Shown here piece after piece: positions 17,366 through 26,656 of a stretch of DNA of 32,000 nucleotides. The notes under the pieces are model-generated. The model did no database searches. It was given only the letters and a program-made list of their open reading frames with translations, and was not told where the DNA came from. Made by a program: the position numbers and the translations under genes. The stretch spans positions 30,001-62,000 of the forward strand of contig NZ_LN885086.1 of the NCBI RefSeq assembly GCF_001458695.1. Reading direction: 5' to 3'. This DNA is from Candidatus Nitrospira inopinata. GTDB taxonomy: Bacteria; Nitrospirota; Nitrospiria; Nitrospirales; Nitrospiraceae. Positions within the stretch are counted from its first letter, which is position 1. The number at the start of each line of letters is the position of its first letter.

Positions 17366-18796
17366 CTACCTCCCGCCGACCGGGGATCCAACCTTGGACT
17401 GCCACGAGGCCGATCGAATCATGTTGCCCCATTCCGCTTTCGTCCCTCGGATCCAGCGCACCAGGCCGACCAACTTCCAATAGGCATTGAGCTGTCGGTA
17501 TCCGAAATTTTCCAGCACCGCCACAGCCAACAGTCGCCAGAAATCGGAAGGCCGTTGATAGACATGAAAGGTCATTTCTTCCATCAGGATCGCGCTCAAC
17601 GAGAGAGCGATCCCCAACCCCACCGCCACTGACGTGGTGACGAGCCACACCTGCCATGACACCAGGCCCAACACGAAGCCCGCCACCAACAACCCATAGC
17701 CCAGTACCTCGAACACCGGGCCGAACCACTCAAAGATCGCCATGAATGGAAAGGCGACCCAACTGACCAGGCCCCCTTTGGGATGGCAACAGAGCGCTAC
17801 GTGTGCGCTCAAACTTTCGCACAGTCCTCGCTGCCAGCGAATCCGTTGATTCTTGAGTGTCCGCAGATCTTCCGGCACTTCCGTCCAACAGACCGGGTCC
17901 GGCACATAGGTGATACGATAGGGTATCCCCGCCAGTCGATAGTGATGATGGAGCCGGACGACCAGTTCCATGTCCTCGCCGACCGTGTCGGTGCGATAGC
18001 CACCGACTTTCAGCACCGCCTCTTTGCGGAACAGCCCGAAGGCGCCGGAGATGATCAACATCGCATTGAGCGGCGACCACCCCTGGCGACCGGCCAAAAA
18101 CGCCCGCAGATATTCCACCAGTTGTAAGAGCGCCAGAAAGTTCGAGGGCAGGCCGACGGATTTCAACAGCCCCTGCTCCACTTGACAGCCGTTGGCAACG
18201 CGAATCGTTCCTCCGGCCGCGATCGTGCGATGGTCCAGCAAAAACGGTTGCACCACCCGATACAAACTGTCTTGCGACAAGATTGAATCAGCGTCGATGC
18301 AACAAAAGAGCGGCGCCGTCGAGACGTTGATCCCGGCATTCAGCGAGTCGGCCTTGCCGCCGTTGTCCTTATCCACCACACACACGTTGGAATGGAGGGC
18401 CGAGCGATAGAGGGCCCGAATCGGTTTGGTCGACAGATCATGGGCGTAGGCTTCCGGAAACGGTTTGAGGTGAAATGCTTCTCTCAATACCTTCAAGGTC
18501 TCATCTTTCGACCCATCGTTGACGACGATGATCTCGTAATCCGAATAGGTCAATTGAAGGAGCGATCGTACGGAACTCACGATTGTCGCCGCCTCATTGT
18601 AGGCCGGCACGATGATGCTGATTTGGGGCTCATAGCCGGTTAAAGCCACGCGAGAACCCAATCCCAGTCGTTCCTCGAAATACCGTCCGAGTGTGCTGAT
18701 GGAAATCATATTCAGGGCGAGGTATCCAGCCGTCAACGCGAGCAAATAGAGTAAAAACAGCACCTGGACCGCGCCAAAGAAGGTTTCGAAGGTCAT
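17366..18796 (-). CDS. Processive family-2 glycosyltransferase (PgaC/IcaA/HmsR-like polysaccharide synthase)
   Basis: ISIIVPAYNE, VVNDGSKD, GGKADSLNAG, CIDADS, GEDMEL and QRIRWQRG (Q-x-x-RW). It has 2 N-terminal and 3-4 C-terminal TM helices. SD GAGGAAG lies upstream of the ATG at 18796. Confidence 0.88.
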   Translation of the reverse strand: MTFETFFGAVQVLFLLYLLALTAGYLALNMISISTLGRYFEERLGLGSRVALTGYEPQISIIVPAYNEAATIVSSVRSLLQLTYSDYEIIVVNDGSKDETLKVLREAFHLKPFPEAYAHDLSTKPIRALYRSALHSNVCVVDKDNGGKADSLNAGINVSTAPLFCCIDADSILSQDSLYRVVQPFLLDHRTIAAGGTIRVANGCQVEQGLLKSVGLPSNFLALLQLVEYLRAFLAGRQGWSPLNAMLIISGAFGLFRKEAVLKVGGYRTDTVGEDMELVVRLHHHYRLAGIPYRITYVPDPVCWTEVPEDLRTLKNQRIRWQRGLCESLSAHVALCCHPKGGLVSWVAFPFMAIFEWFGPVFEVLGYGLLVAGFVLGLVSWQVWLVTTSVAVGLGIALSLSAILMEEMTFHVYQRPSDFWRLLAVAVLENFGYRQLNAYWKLVGLVRWIRGTKAEWGNMIRSASWQSKVGSPVGGR

Positions 18797-19161
18797 GGGC
18801 GTCTTCCTCGCAGGGGGGCTCTGTGGAGTGCCGGTACCGTTCTATCGGCATCCTTTCCTTTCATCTTGAGAGGAGATGGTGTCGTGGGAGCCTATCGATC
18901 ACATCCTGAAAAAAAGGGGCATCTCATGCCGGCCGCGACCGTGCTGGTCTCGACCGGACAAGACCGTCAGCCCCGTGATGAGCCTTCGTGACCGTCCCTC
19001 AAGATTCCGATCCCCTAGACCGATACCCTAGGTGTTATTGAGTGCCCGTAGTCCGGACCGTATGAGCACCGGGATGCCCCTCGTCGCCCGATTGCTCGTC
19101 GGAAACATTGGGCCTTCTAAGGGAGAGCCGACCCCTCCGCTACGATAGACACTGACCACTG

Positions 19162-20637
19162 ATGGCACGGGACACCCTCTTACTCACGTTCTCTGTCACA
19201 CGACCTCAATCTCTATCAGCCCTAGTGACCATCCGTCGCCAACCTGACATCCCATCAAAACGGCGAGCCGCCCTCATGTCGCTGATTCTGTGCTGGGCAC
19301 TGCCCATGGGCGGAGAGTTGTTCGGTGCAGCCCCTCCCGACGAGACCGACACGTCGGTGTCCCATCAGCACTATTCGGACAATCTTCCGGACAATCTTGA
19401 CAATCTTATGGAGCAGGCCCGGCAACTTGAAACAGCCCAACGATATCAGGAAGCGGAAACCCTCTATCGAACCATTCTGAAGCGACAGCCAACCAACGAC
19501 GACATCCGAGCCGCGCTGGCTCGCGTGCTGTCGTGGCAAGGATTGTACGCTGAGGCTATCGACCTGTACCGATCGCTCGTTCAACGGTATCCGAATGACG
19601 TGGACCTCAAGACCGCGCTGGCGCGGGTGCTTTCGTGGCAGAAATCAATCACGGAAGCAAAAGCCCTGTATGAACAGGTGTTGCGGGAGAATCCACACCA
19701 TGTCGAGGCCCTCGAAGGCCTGGCCAATCTCCTCTACTGGGACGACCGCTTGGATGAGGCGCTGCCCTATTATGAGCAAGCCTATGCCATCACGAGCAGC
19801 CCCATTTTGGCAGAGCGAATCTCGCTGATCAAAAGCCGACCAACAGGGCTCGTTTCCTCCGCCCCCTCCTTCGCAAGCATGGAGACTTCTCCTCAGGCTC
19901 CGCTCGGGTCACGGGATTCCTCGATCCGCCTGCCATTTCGCGACTATTTCAAAGTGGGATATGGGCAGTTCGGCTATACCCGCGGCATCCAGACTGAGCA
20001 TGCGGTGCTCGTCGAGGCGGCTAAATCCATAGGCGAACAGACCCTGGTCGGCCGGGTGGAATCACTTCACCGCTTTGGGTTCCACGATGTGCCCATTTCG
20101 GCAGAACTGTACAGTCCCCTGTGGGCGCGCGCGTGGGGTTATGTCGCCGCGCAGGGGACCGTTGATGCACGCTTCACCCCCACCTACTCTGTGGCGGGAG
20201 AGCTCTATCAGGGGTTGGGCATCATTCACTCTCTTCTTTCGATTTTTGAAGCCTCGGTGGGCTATCGGCGGCTTTCGTACAGGACGGACGACATCAATCT
20301 CTTCATGCCCAGCTTGACGGTCTATCTTCCCTTTGACACCTGGCTCACGGAACAACTGTATTGGGTTCCGGAGACCGGCGCTATGACATTGGCGTCTCGC
20401 CTCACCTGGCGCCCGACGCCGCGTGTGCAGTTGTTCGTCTCCGGCTCGTTCGGCACATCGGGCGAACGGATCGTGGCCACACAAGACATCACGCGGATCG
20501 GAAGCCACACCATCCAAGGCGGCTTCATCATTCCCGTCATAGAACGGCTGTCATTGGAGGCGACAGGATATTACGAGGATCGTGGTCGATTGTATGCTCG
20601 GCAAGGAGGCAACTTCGCCATCATTTATCATTGGTGA
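19162..20637 (+). CDS. TPR-repeat plus C-terminal outer-membrane beta-barrel protein (YaiO/PgaA-like exporter candidate)
   Basis: About 4 TPR units (YQEAETLYRTIL..., YAEAIDLYRSLV..., ITEAKALYEQVL..., LDEALPYYEQAY). The C-terminal ~250 aa have an alternating beta-strand pattern and end in the aromatic ...FAIIYHW. The start is uncertain: ATG at 19162, or the GTG at 19225, which sits closer to the signal-like segment. Confidence 0.68.
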   Translation: MARDTLLLTFSVTRPQSLSALVTIRRQPDIPSKRRAALMSLILCWALPMGGELFGAAPPDETDTSVSHQHYSDNLPDNLDNLMEQARQLETAQRYQEAETLYRTILKRQPTNDDIRAALARVLSWQGLYAEAIDLYRSLVQRYPNDVDLKTALARVLSWQKSITEAKALYEQVLRENPHHVEALEGLANLLYWDDRLDEALPYYEQAYAITSSPILAERISLIKSRPTGLVSSAPSFASMETSPQAPLGSRDSSIRLPFRDYFKVGYGQFGYTRGIQTEHAVLVEAAKSIGEQTLVGRVESLHRFGFHDVPISAELYSPLWARAWGYVAAQGTVDARFTPTYSVAGELYQGLGIIHSLLSIFEASVGYRRLSYRTDDINLFMPSLTVYLPFDTWLTEQLYWVPETGAMTLASRLTWRPTPRVQLFVSGSFGTSGERIVATQDITRIGSHTIQGGFIIPVIERLSLEATGYYEDRGRLYARQGGNFAIIYHW

Positions 20638-20668
20638 CCTTCGGTACTCTCTTGACCTCGTTATTCCA

Positions 20669-21793
20669 ATGAACGACGTGCTCTTTCTTGACGATCATCT
20701 CAGTCTGACAATTTGGTACCGGGCGGCTTTCGCCACTGGGGGGCTGGTTATTTTGCTTTTGCTGTGGGTTCTCTGCATCCGCGTCGGACGATCGATCGGT
20801 CGGTACCGATCCCGTCTCATTACCAAGAAGTGGAAAGCGATTTTTGAAGGCCGTGCCCCACTGCATCACAACCTCCCGTCCCGATTCACAATCGGCCACC
20901 GTCATCGGGTTCTTGTGCTCTCCCTGTGGAACCACTGTTATGACGAATGTCGATCGAACGACGAAACGGCTCGACTGGTGGACATCGCCAAACGCCTCCC
21001 GTTGCAGCCATGGGCCAGAACGCTCCTACGCAGCCGGCGACTTCACAAAAAAATGTTGGCCATTCGGACATTGGGGCGCCTCGACGACCGAACCATGTGG
21101 AGCCCTCTGCACTCATTGATCACCCACCCGAATCTCTTCGTGGCCCTGCATGCTGTTCAGGCCCTTCTGACGATTCACCCAACAGCGGCCGTTCCCCATC
21201 TCATTCCCGTGATCGGCCGGCGAAGCGACTGGTCTCCCCTGGCCGTCGCCACGATCTTGCGTTCGGCCGGTGATGATCTGGCATCCGAGGTCCTTGCACA
21301 GGCCGCGACCACCGGAGACCAAGCCATCGGCGCTCGGCTGATTCGCCATCTGCCAGTCACCCAGAGTCCTCGTGGACTGCCCATCCTCCGTCGATTCCTG
21401 GAGTCAGCAGCGCAGGCGTCGGATGATTTTCTCGCCGCTTCCTTGTTCGTGTTTGGCGAATATCAAGATCCGGCCGACCTGCCACTGGTTCGACAAGCCC
21501 TTTTCCATCCGGTGTGGTACGTGCGGGTGCAGGCGGCGACCGCGATGGGAAAATTGGGCACATCCAGCGACGAAGCCAGGCTTACCGCGCTGTTGAACGA
21601 TCCGGAATGGTGGGTACGGTATCGAGCAGGCGAAGCTTTGGTCAATTTGCCTTCGATGACCGAAGAGAAGCTGGAGATGCTTCAAGCCACCTTGCCATTG
21701 CCCGAGGCGCAGGAGATTTTGGCGACAGCCCTGGCCAAATTTCGCCAACGCCGGCGCGTTCAGCTTTTCACCGGCGCGGCACCACGTTCGTAA
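20669..21793 (+). CDS. Membrane-anchored HEAT-repeat protein
   Basis: One N-terminal TM helix (AAFATGGLVILLLLWVLCI) followed by HEAT/PBS-lyase-like repeats (HPVWYVRVQAATAMGKLG, DPEWWVRYRAGEALVNL). The ATG at 20669 lies 31 nt after the OMP stop. Confidence 0.7.
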   Translation: MNDVLFLDDHLSLTIWYRAAFATGGLVILLLLWVLCIRVGRSIGRYRSRLITKKWKAIFEGRAPLHHNLPSRFTIGHRHRVLVLSLWNHCYDECRSNDETARLVDIAKRLPLQPWARTLLRSRRLHKKMLAIRTLGRLDDRTMWSPLHSLITHPNLFVALHAVQALLTIHPTAAVPHLIPVIGRRSDWSPLAVATILRSAGDDLASEVLAQAATTGDQAIGARLIRHLPVTQSPRGLPILRRFLESAAQASDDFLAASLFVFGEYQDPADLPLVRQALFHPVWYVRVQAATAMGKLGTSSDEARLTALLNDPEWWVRYRAGEALVNLPSMTEEKLEMLQATLPLPEAQEILATALAKFRQRRRVQLFTGAAPRS

Positions 21794-21835
21794 ACCGAGA
21801 CAGCGGCCTCTCAGTCACACGCCACCCGGACGGCG

Positions 21836-22240
21836 CTATTCACAAGCCAGGGTCCAGAGGTCCTTGGCCACCGTGCCGGATTCAAGCCGGCCGACCGGTT
21901 CCCACTCCTCACTAGTGGCAGTCTTCTCCAACACCTTCTTGCCACTTTCCATTGGCCCGGCAAAATGCTGGATCGTAAGGACGCGGGTGAGCGCCTTGGC
22001 ACAATCATATTCCCGCTGGATCTTCGCTGAACGGAACGAAATCCCCTCTTCCTTGGTCTGCTCCCTCTTGAAATCATAGAGCACCCAAACCATCCGCCGA
22101 TCCCCATTTTTCTCAATGCTTGACGCATCGATATAGATGGTCATCCCCGCTGTTTCGTTGCCCCCCAGCGACACCCATCCGGCCCATGCCGGCCAGGCTG
22201 CAATGAACGCCAGCCCCATCGTGACTGTGGTGAGTTTCAT
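21836..22240 (-). CDS. Secreted protein resembling the surface-adhesin-E family
   Basis: Signal peptide MKLTTVTMGLAFIAAWPAWA, then W.SLG......IYIDASSI...G.RRMVWVLYDF...SAKIQREYDC...GPM.SG......W.PV...T....LW..AC, the pattern I associate with Adhesin_E-like proteins. SD GAGGGAG lies 7 nt upstream of the ATG at 22240. Confidence 0.65.
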   Translation of the reverse strand: MKLTTVTMGLAFIAAWPAWAGWVSLGGNETAGMTIYIDASSIEKNGDRRMVWVLYDFKREQTKEEGISFRSAKIQREYDCAKALTRVLTIQHFAGPMESGKKVLEKTATSEEWEPVGRLESGTVAKDLWTLACE

Positions 22241-22535
22241 CGTGTTCTCCCTCATTGTTTCCCTTCTCTGGTTTGAGACGTCCCCTCCGCCTCATCGTCG
22301 TCATTCGCGTGTCGGCCGCCTCGACTGGGGATTATTCCCGCGCATCCGGAGTAAATCAAGGTAGCGCGGCCTTTCCATCAGGGCTTTCATCGTTCGCCCC
22401 CTCTCCGCATCTTTCCCATCCCCTGACACAACACCGCCGCAACTGTTCTTGACTTTCCCTGTTGAAATCGATAAGCAGAGCAGCCCTCTATCGTTCATTT
22501 CATTGCCGATCCCGGCGCAGAAAGGAGTCCCGACC

Positions 22536-23675
22536 ATGAGTGCTCTCAGGCTCTTCTATGCAACGAATCGAAACCACGTGGGCAAGGACCGGTGGCGGCC
22601 CGACGGCTATGGAAAGAAATTCAGCGACGACGGAGCCGAGAACCTGCGTTTCGGCCGAGTGTTAGTGCAGGCCGACGAGGCCAAAATCGCCAAGTTTGCC
22701 CAAGCGGATCGGGGAAAGATGGGAACCGGAGACGGAGAGGGGCTGACCAAATACCTCGCCAAGTGTGCGGCATCCGCCGACATCGTCGCCTATCGGGAAA
22801 AAATCGATCGCTCCGTCGCCGAAACTCATCAGGCCGACGTCAAGCTCGGATCGCAAGCGGCGTTTGCGGATCTGCAAACCATCATGCAAAAGAACACGGA
22901 CGTGCTCATTTACATTCATGGCTTTAATGTCTCCTGGACGGACGCGGTCGGCTCCGCGCTGGCTCTTCAGGAAATGCTCAACCGCTGTCCCGACAAAGAC
23001 CCCGCCCAGCAGGTGCAAGTGGTGCTCTTTACCTGGCCGTCCGACGGCTTGGCCTTGCCCTTTGCCTCTTACAAATCAGACCGGTCGGAAGCAGCCGCCT
23101 CCGGCAACGCCTTTGGACGGGGCATCTTGAAAGTGAGAGACTTCCTCGCCCGGCTTCGACAGGATAATCAGCAACTCTGCCAACAGGACCTGCATCTTCT
23201 CTGCCACTCCATGGGGAATTACCTGCTTCAAAACGCCGTCACTCGCTGCGACGCCTTTACGCCAGGCGATGCCTTGCCCCGCATTTTCGAACACATCTTT
23301 CTCTGCGCTCCGGACGTGGACGACACCGTGTTGGAATCAGGCCAACCGCTCGGCCGCCTCCATGAATTGGCAAGAAGCGTGGACGTCTATCACAACCGCG
23401 GCGATGTCGCGCTGGTGGTATCCGACTTCACGAAAGGCAATCCCGATCGACTGGGATCAAACGGAGCGGCACGACCCAATCTTGTCCATAACAAAGTTCA
23501 TCAGATCGACTGTACACCGATCGTCAAGGGGCTGGTTGAACATAGTTACTATCTTGTGGGACACGTCAACGCGGACATCCGCATGAGCATCGACGGGGTG
23601 CCGCACGATGACACCCGTCGCAGGCGGAATCCCTTGGGAATGTTGGGTAATCAGTGGCAAATGCGGTCGGCGTGA
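22536..23675 (+). CDS. DUF900-type alpha/beta hydrolase
   Basis: LFYATNRN near the N-terminus, VLIYIHGFNVSW, FTWPSDG and the nucleophile elbow CHSMGN (GxSxG variant). SD AAGGAG lies 8 nt upstream of the ATG at 22536. Confidence 0.72.
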   Translation: MSALRLFYATNRNHVGKDRWRPDGYGKKFSDDGAENLRFGRVLVQADEAKIAKFAQADRGKMGTGDGEGLTKYLAKCAASADIVAYREKIDRSVAETHQADVKLGSQAAFADLQTIMQKNTDVLIYIHGFNVSWTDAVGSALALQEMLNRCPDKDPAQQVQVVLFTWPSDGLALPFASYKSDRSEAAASGNAFGRGILKVRDFLARLRQDNQQLCQQDLHLLCHSMGNYLLQNAVTRCDAFTPGDALPRIFEHIFLCAPDVDDTVLESGQPLGRLHELARSVDVYHNRGDVALVVSDFTKGNPDRLGSNGAARPNLVHNKVHQIDCTPIVKGLVEHSYYLVGHVNADIRMSIDGVPHDDTRRRRNPLGMLGNQWQMRSA

Positions 23676-23990
23676 GAACGCCGTTTCACGGATGTCCCCA
23701 TCAAAACATGCCGCCTCCATGTTCGCGCTCGGAAGCGCCGCGCCGGCTCGTCCACAAACCGAGCCTGAGACGGTGCTTCCGATCTCGCTCCCGGCAGCCA
23801 GGGCACCCTTCCCTGTTCGAGACACCGCGTAGAGAAATTCTTTCATCCACCCTCGCCCTCCCCGTTATCTGACTTGTTCCGTCAATGGTTCGCCGGTCGC
23901 AGTGTGTTGGATCAGCCAAGCTGACGTTTGTTTCTATGGCAATCCGCGTCGACCCCACGTATCATATTTGATCATCCGCCTGGGCTTCCT

Positions 23991-24410
23991 ATGAAATCCA
24001 CGACGGTGATTCGATTCCTCATTTTGCTCATTCCCGCCGTGTGGGTCATCCTGCGTCTCATGCCGGTCAACCATCCCAGAGTGAACACGATGCAGCTTGC
24101 CGCGCAGCACGCGCAAGAGGAGGCTCGATCGGCACGTGAACCTGATCAGTTCACAGCCCTTGAATCCTCGTTTCAGGCCCATTACCAGTCGCACTACGTC
24201 TCATCGGGATTCAGCTACAACCATTACCGACTCGCCTATAAGTACGGGTTCGATCTGGCCCGTGACCCCGAGAATCAGAAAGTCAACTGGAACATCGTCG
24301 AGCCCCAGGCGCGGGCTCAATGGGATGAACGGACGCTGGGGGCTTGGAGTCAGCACCGCGAGGCGGTTCTATACGGATGGGAGCAGGGGATGAAATTCAA
24401 CAGAGGATGA
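23991..24410 (+). CDS. Small N-terminally anchored protein of unknown function
   Basis: MKSTTVIRFLILLIPAVWVILRL forms a TM anchor. It is followed by a soluble, aromatic-rich segment (FQAHYQSHY...YNHYRLAYKYGFDLA...WSQHREAVLYGWEQG). I assign no family. Confidence 0.5.
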   Translation: MKSTTVIRFLILLIPAVWVILRLMPVNHPRVNTMQLAAQHAQEEARSAREPDQFTALESSFQAHYQSHYVSSGFSYNHYRLAYKYGFDLARDPENQKVNWNIVEPQARAQWDERTLGAWSQHREAVLYGWEQGMKFNRG

Positions 24411-24829
24411 ATGATGCGAGACCATCAAGAGTTGCAGGTTCTGCCAATAACTTATCGACCAGCGTACCACGAGACCGGACTACACATCCCGCCTCATTTT
24501 CGACTTCTGGGATGAAGAAAACCTTGCTTTGGTCTATGGGCCCATCGATATCCCCCTTCTGCGGAGGCCAGTTAAAAGAGTGGGCGATCATCTTCTCCCT
24601 CACAAGAAAAGGGCCACTGCCCGGATGGTTTCAGGTTCCAAAGAAACACTGACACAGTGAACCGATGGGGATAGCGATTGCTGAATGGTTGTATCCGAGC
24701 ATGTAGAAGCGGGACTAAGGTAAAATCGCATGGAGCCGTCGACTCTATTCACAGAAACGGAAACGTTGCCCATGGAGCATCGCCCCATCGGAGATATTGT
24801 TTAAATAACTTGTAGAAGGAGGCCTTCTC

Positions 24830-25594
24830 TTGGAAGCGACTGATTTTATCATTCAACAACGTGGTGGAGAGAATGCACCCCGCCAATTGTTTGTTGCCAC
24901 GCTGCGTTCAATTCAAGTCGGGATGCCGCGTACATTTGGCAGCACGGACGCAACAGATCGAATGGACTCTCCATGGACAACCGGATTTTTCAAGGAGCCC
25001 GTTGTCGGGCCTGTCCGAGTCGGACTATGTAACTTGGAAGGCGACGGGCAGGCAGATCTCGTGAATCACGGAGGTCCGGAAAAAGCGATCAACGTTTACC
25101 CCTTAGAACACTATAGCTATTGGGAACACTCGCTTGGATTGGCAGATTTACCTTATGGCGCCTTTGGGGAAAACTTTACGATGATCGGGTGTTTGGAATC
25201 CGACGTCTGTATCGGAGACATTTTTACGGTCGGGGAAGCCGTCGTTCAGATCTCGCAGCCTCGGCAACCCTGCTGGAAACTGTCGCGGCGATGGCGCATA
25301 CGAGATTTCGCACTCAAAGTTCAGGAGACGGGTCGTACCGGCTGGTATTTCCGCGTCCTCAAAGAAGGATCGGTCGAGGCGGGGGCGCCGATGGTCTTGA
25401 CCCAGCGGCCTTATCCACAATGGACCGTGCAAGCGGCCAATCAAGTGATGCACCAATGTCCGCAAGACGTTGATGCGGCGCGAAGGCTGTTGAATTGCCA
25501 CCTTCTCAGCGAGCGTTGGCGTGAAACGTTGAGAAAACGCATCGCAACCGGCAGGATCAACAGCGGCACCGCGAGACTTTTCGGTCCCAATTAA
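24830..25594 (+). CDS. MOSC domain protein with C-terminal helical extension (YiiM-like)
   Basis: LEGDGQADLVNHGGPEKAINVY, GAFGENFT, IGDIFTVGEAVVQISQPRQPCWKL and TGRTGWYFRVLKEG. It has a TTG start with AAGGAGG 7 nt upstream. Confidence 0.85.
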   Translation: MEATDFIIQQRGGENAPRQLFVATLRSIQVGMPRTFGSTDATDRMDSPWTTGFFKEPVVGPVRVGLCNLEGDGQADLVNHGGPEKAINVYPLEHYSYWEHSLGLADLPYGAFGENFTMIGCLESDVCIGDIFTVGEAVVQISQPRQPCWKLSRRWRIRDFALKVQETGRTGWYFRVLKEGSVEAGAPMVLTQRPYPQWTVQAANQVMHQCPQDVDAARRLLNCHLLSERWRETLRKRIATGRINSGTARLFGPN

Positions 25595-25998
25595 TAGATT
25601 CTCACACCTTTACAGACGGAGTCCTCTCGCTGGATTAGCAATCGTTGTCATCCTGGTGCTCTCTTGAAATGAAGTTATCTGAGTTGATCCTTGAGTCTGG
25701 TATTGGATCAAGAACTGCTTTTCATCCATCTGACTTGATTTCAGACACACATGACACCCTGCGATCGGCCGACACTTTGACGGTTGCCTGCGACGGATAA
25801 TACCCTCACACTTGCCATTCGTTTCGGGGACAAGGGCTCGGATAGGAGAGAGGAGTGTGGGTGGCAACGATGAGGAAAGAGAATGCTTTTCTCTATCAAA
25901 AAAGAAGTCTATCGACCCGACTCAAATTTGTGGCCTCGGAGTGAAGGGGCACCCACCATAAATACAGGTACCCCCTCAAATCACGATTGTTCATGACG

Positions 25999-26019
25999 CA
26001 TCCGCCACCATGGCGGATG
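25999..26019 (-). terminator. Hairpin downstream of cycB (possible end of the hao-cyc transcript)
   Basis: CATCCGCC-accat-GGCGGATG is an 8-bp GC-rich stem ~30 nt past the cycB stop. It has no adjacent U-run, so support is weak. Confidence 0.3.
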
Positions 26020-26050
26020 AGCCGATGACAAGCAACGAAGAATGGATTCG

Positions 26051-26656
26051 CTAGTCGTCCTTTCCGTCCTCCTCTTCGTCCTCGTCCTTCTTCTTTTTCA
26101 CTTCCTTGAGAACAGGTTTCCCCTGAGCCAAACTTGCATTCAGATCATGCTCAGGGACCTTTTTGTGGACCAGGTTTTGATGGCAGTCAATACAGGTCGC
26201 CCCCTCAGTTTCCATCTTCGCATGGGCTGCCTTAGCGGAGGCTCCCGGGGGCTTTGTGTTCTTATGGCATGCCCGACATGTCAGACTATCCCATTCTTTG
26301 AGTTTCATTCTGGCCCGGTATGCAGCTGCCGGACGATGCTCATTGAATTTCTCGACCGTGGAGTAGTCCGTCGTGAATTCTTTGATCAAGAACGGTACGC
26401 CGTCCACCACGTGAGTATAAATCGCCTTGTGGAAGTTAGAAAAACCTTGCGGCACATGGCAATCCTTGCAACCCGGGTCCATCCCGAGAGCGCCCCAATG
26501 AGAAGACTTTTTCAACTCTTCGTAGGGATAAATTTCAGAATGACAGCTTATGCAGAACTCTGTTCTCGATATTGCGGCCTCGCCCCCAAACACGACGGCG
26601 ACGCCCACAATACCCAGAACCGCACCAAGAATGAGTGTACCGGCCTTTCCTGACAT
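26051..26656 (-). CDS. cycB: Membrane-anchored tetrahaem cytochrome cM552 (NapC/NirT family)
   Basis: N-terminal TM helix (GTLILGAVLGIVGVAVVFGG) and four CxxCH motifs (CISCH, CKDCH, CRACH, CIDCH). The C-terminal KKKKDEDEEEDGKDD tail is low-complexity. Its ATG overlaps the cycA TGA by 1 nt, with GAGGAGGA as SD. Confidence 0.9.
   Translation of the reverse strand: MSGKAGTLILGAVLGIVGVAVVFGGEAAISRTEFCISCHSEIYPYEELKKSSHWGALGMDPGCKDCHVPQGFSNFHKAIYTHVVDGVPFLIKEFTTDYSTVEKFNEHRPAAAYRARMKLKEWDSLTCRACHKNTKPPGASAKAAHAKMETEGATCIDCHQNLVHKKVPEHDLNASLAQGKPVLKEVKKKKDEDEEEDGKDD

Noticed and set aside
24344-24652. ORFs 24344-24652 (+) and 24397-24603 (-) between the small anchored protein and the MOSC leader.
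   Set aside because: They overlap each other and the preceding gene, and they lack an SD and any recognisable motifs. The region is better explained as spacer or leader.
25610-25867. 85-aa minus-strand ORF in the AT-richer spacer between the MOSC gene and cycB.
   Set aside because: It has no SD, no motif, and odd composition. It is likely non-coding spacer at the edge of the compositional island.
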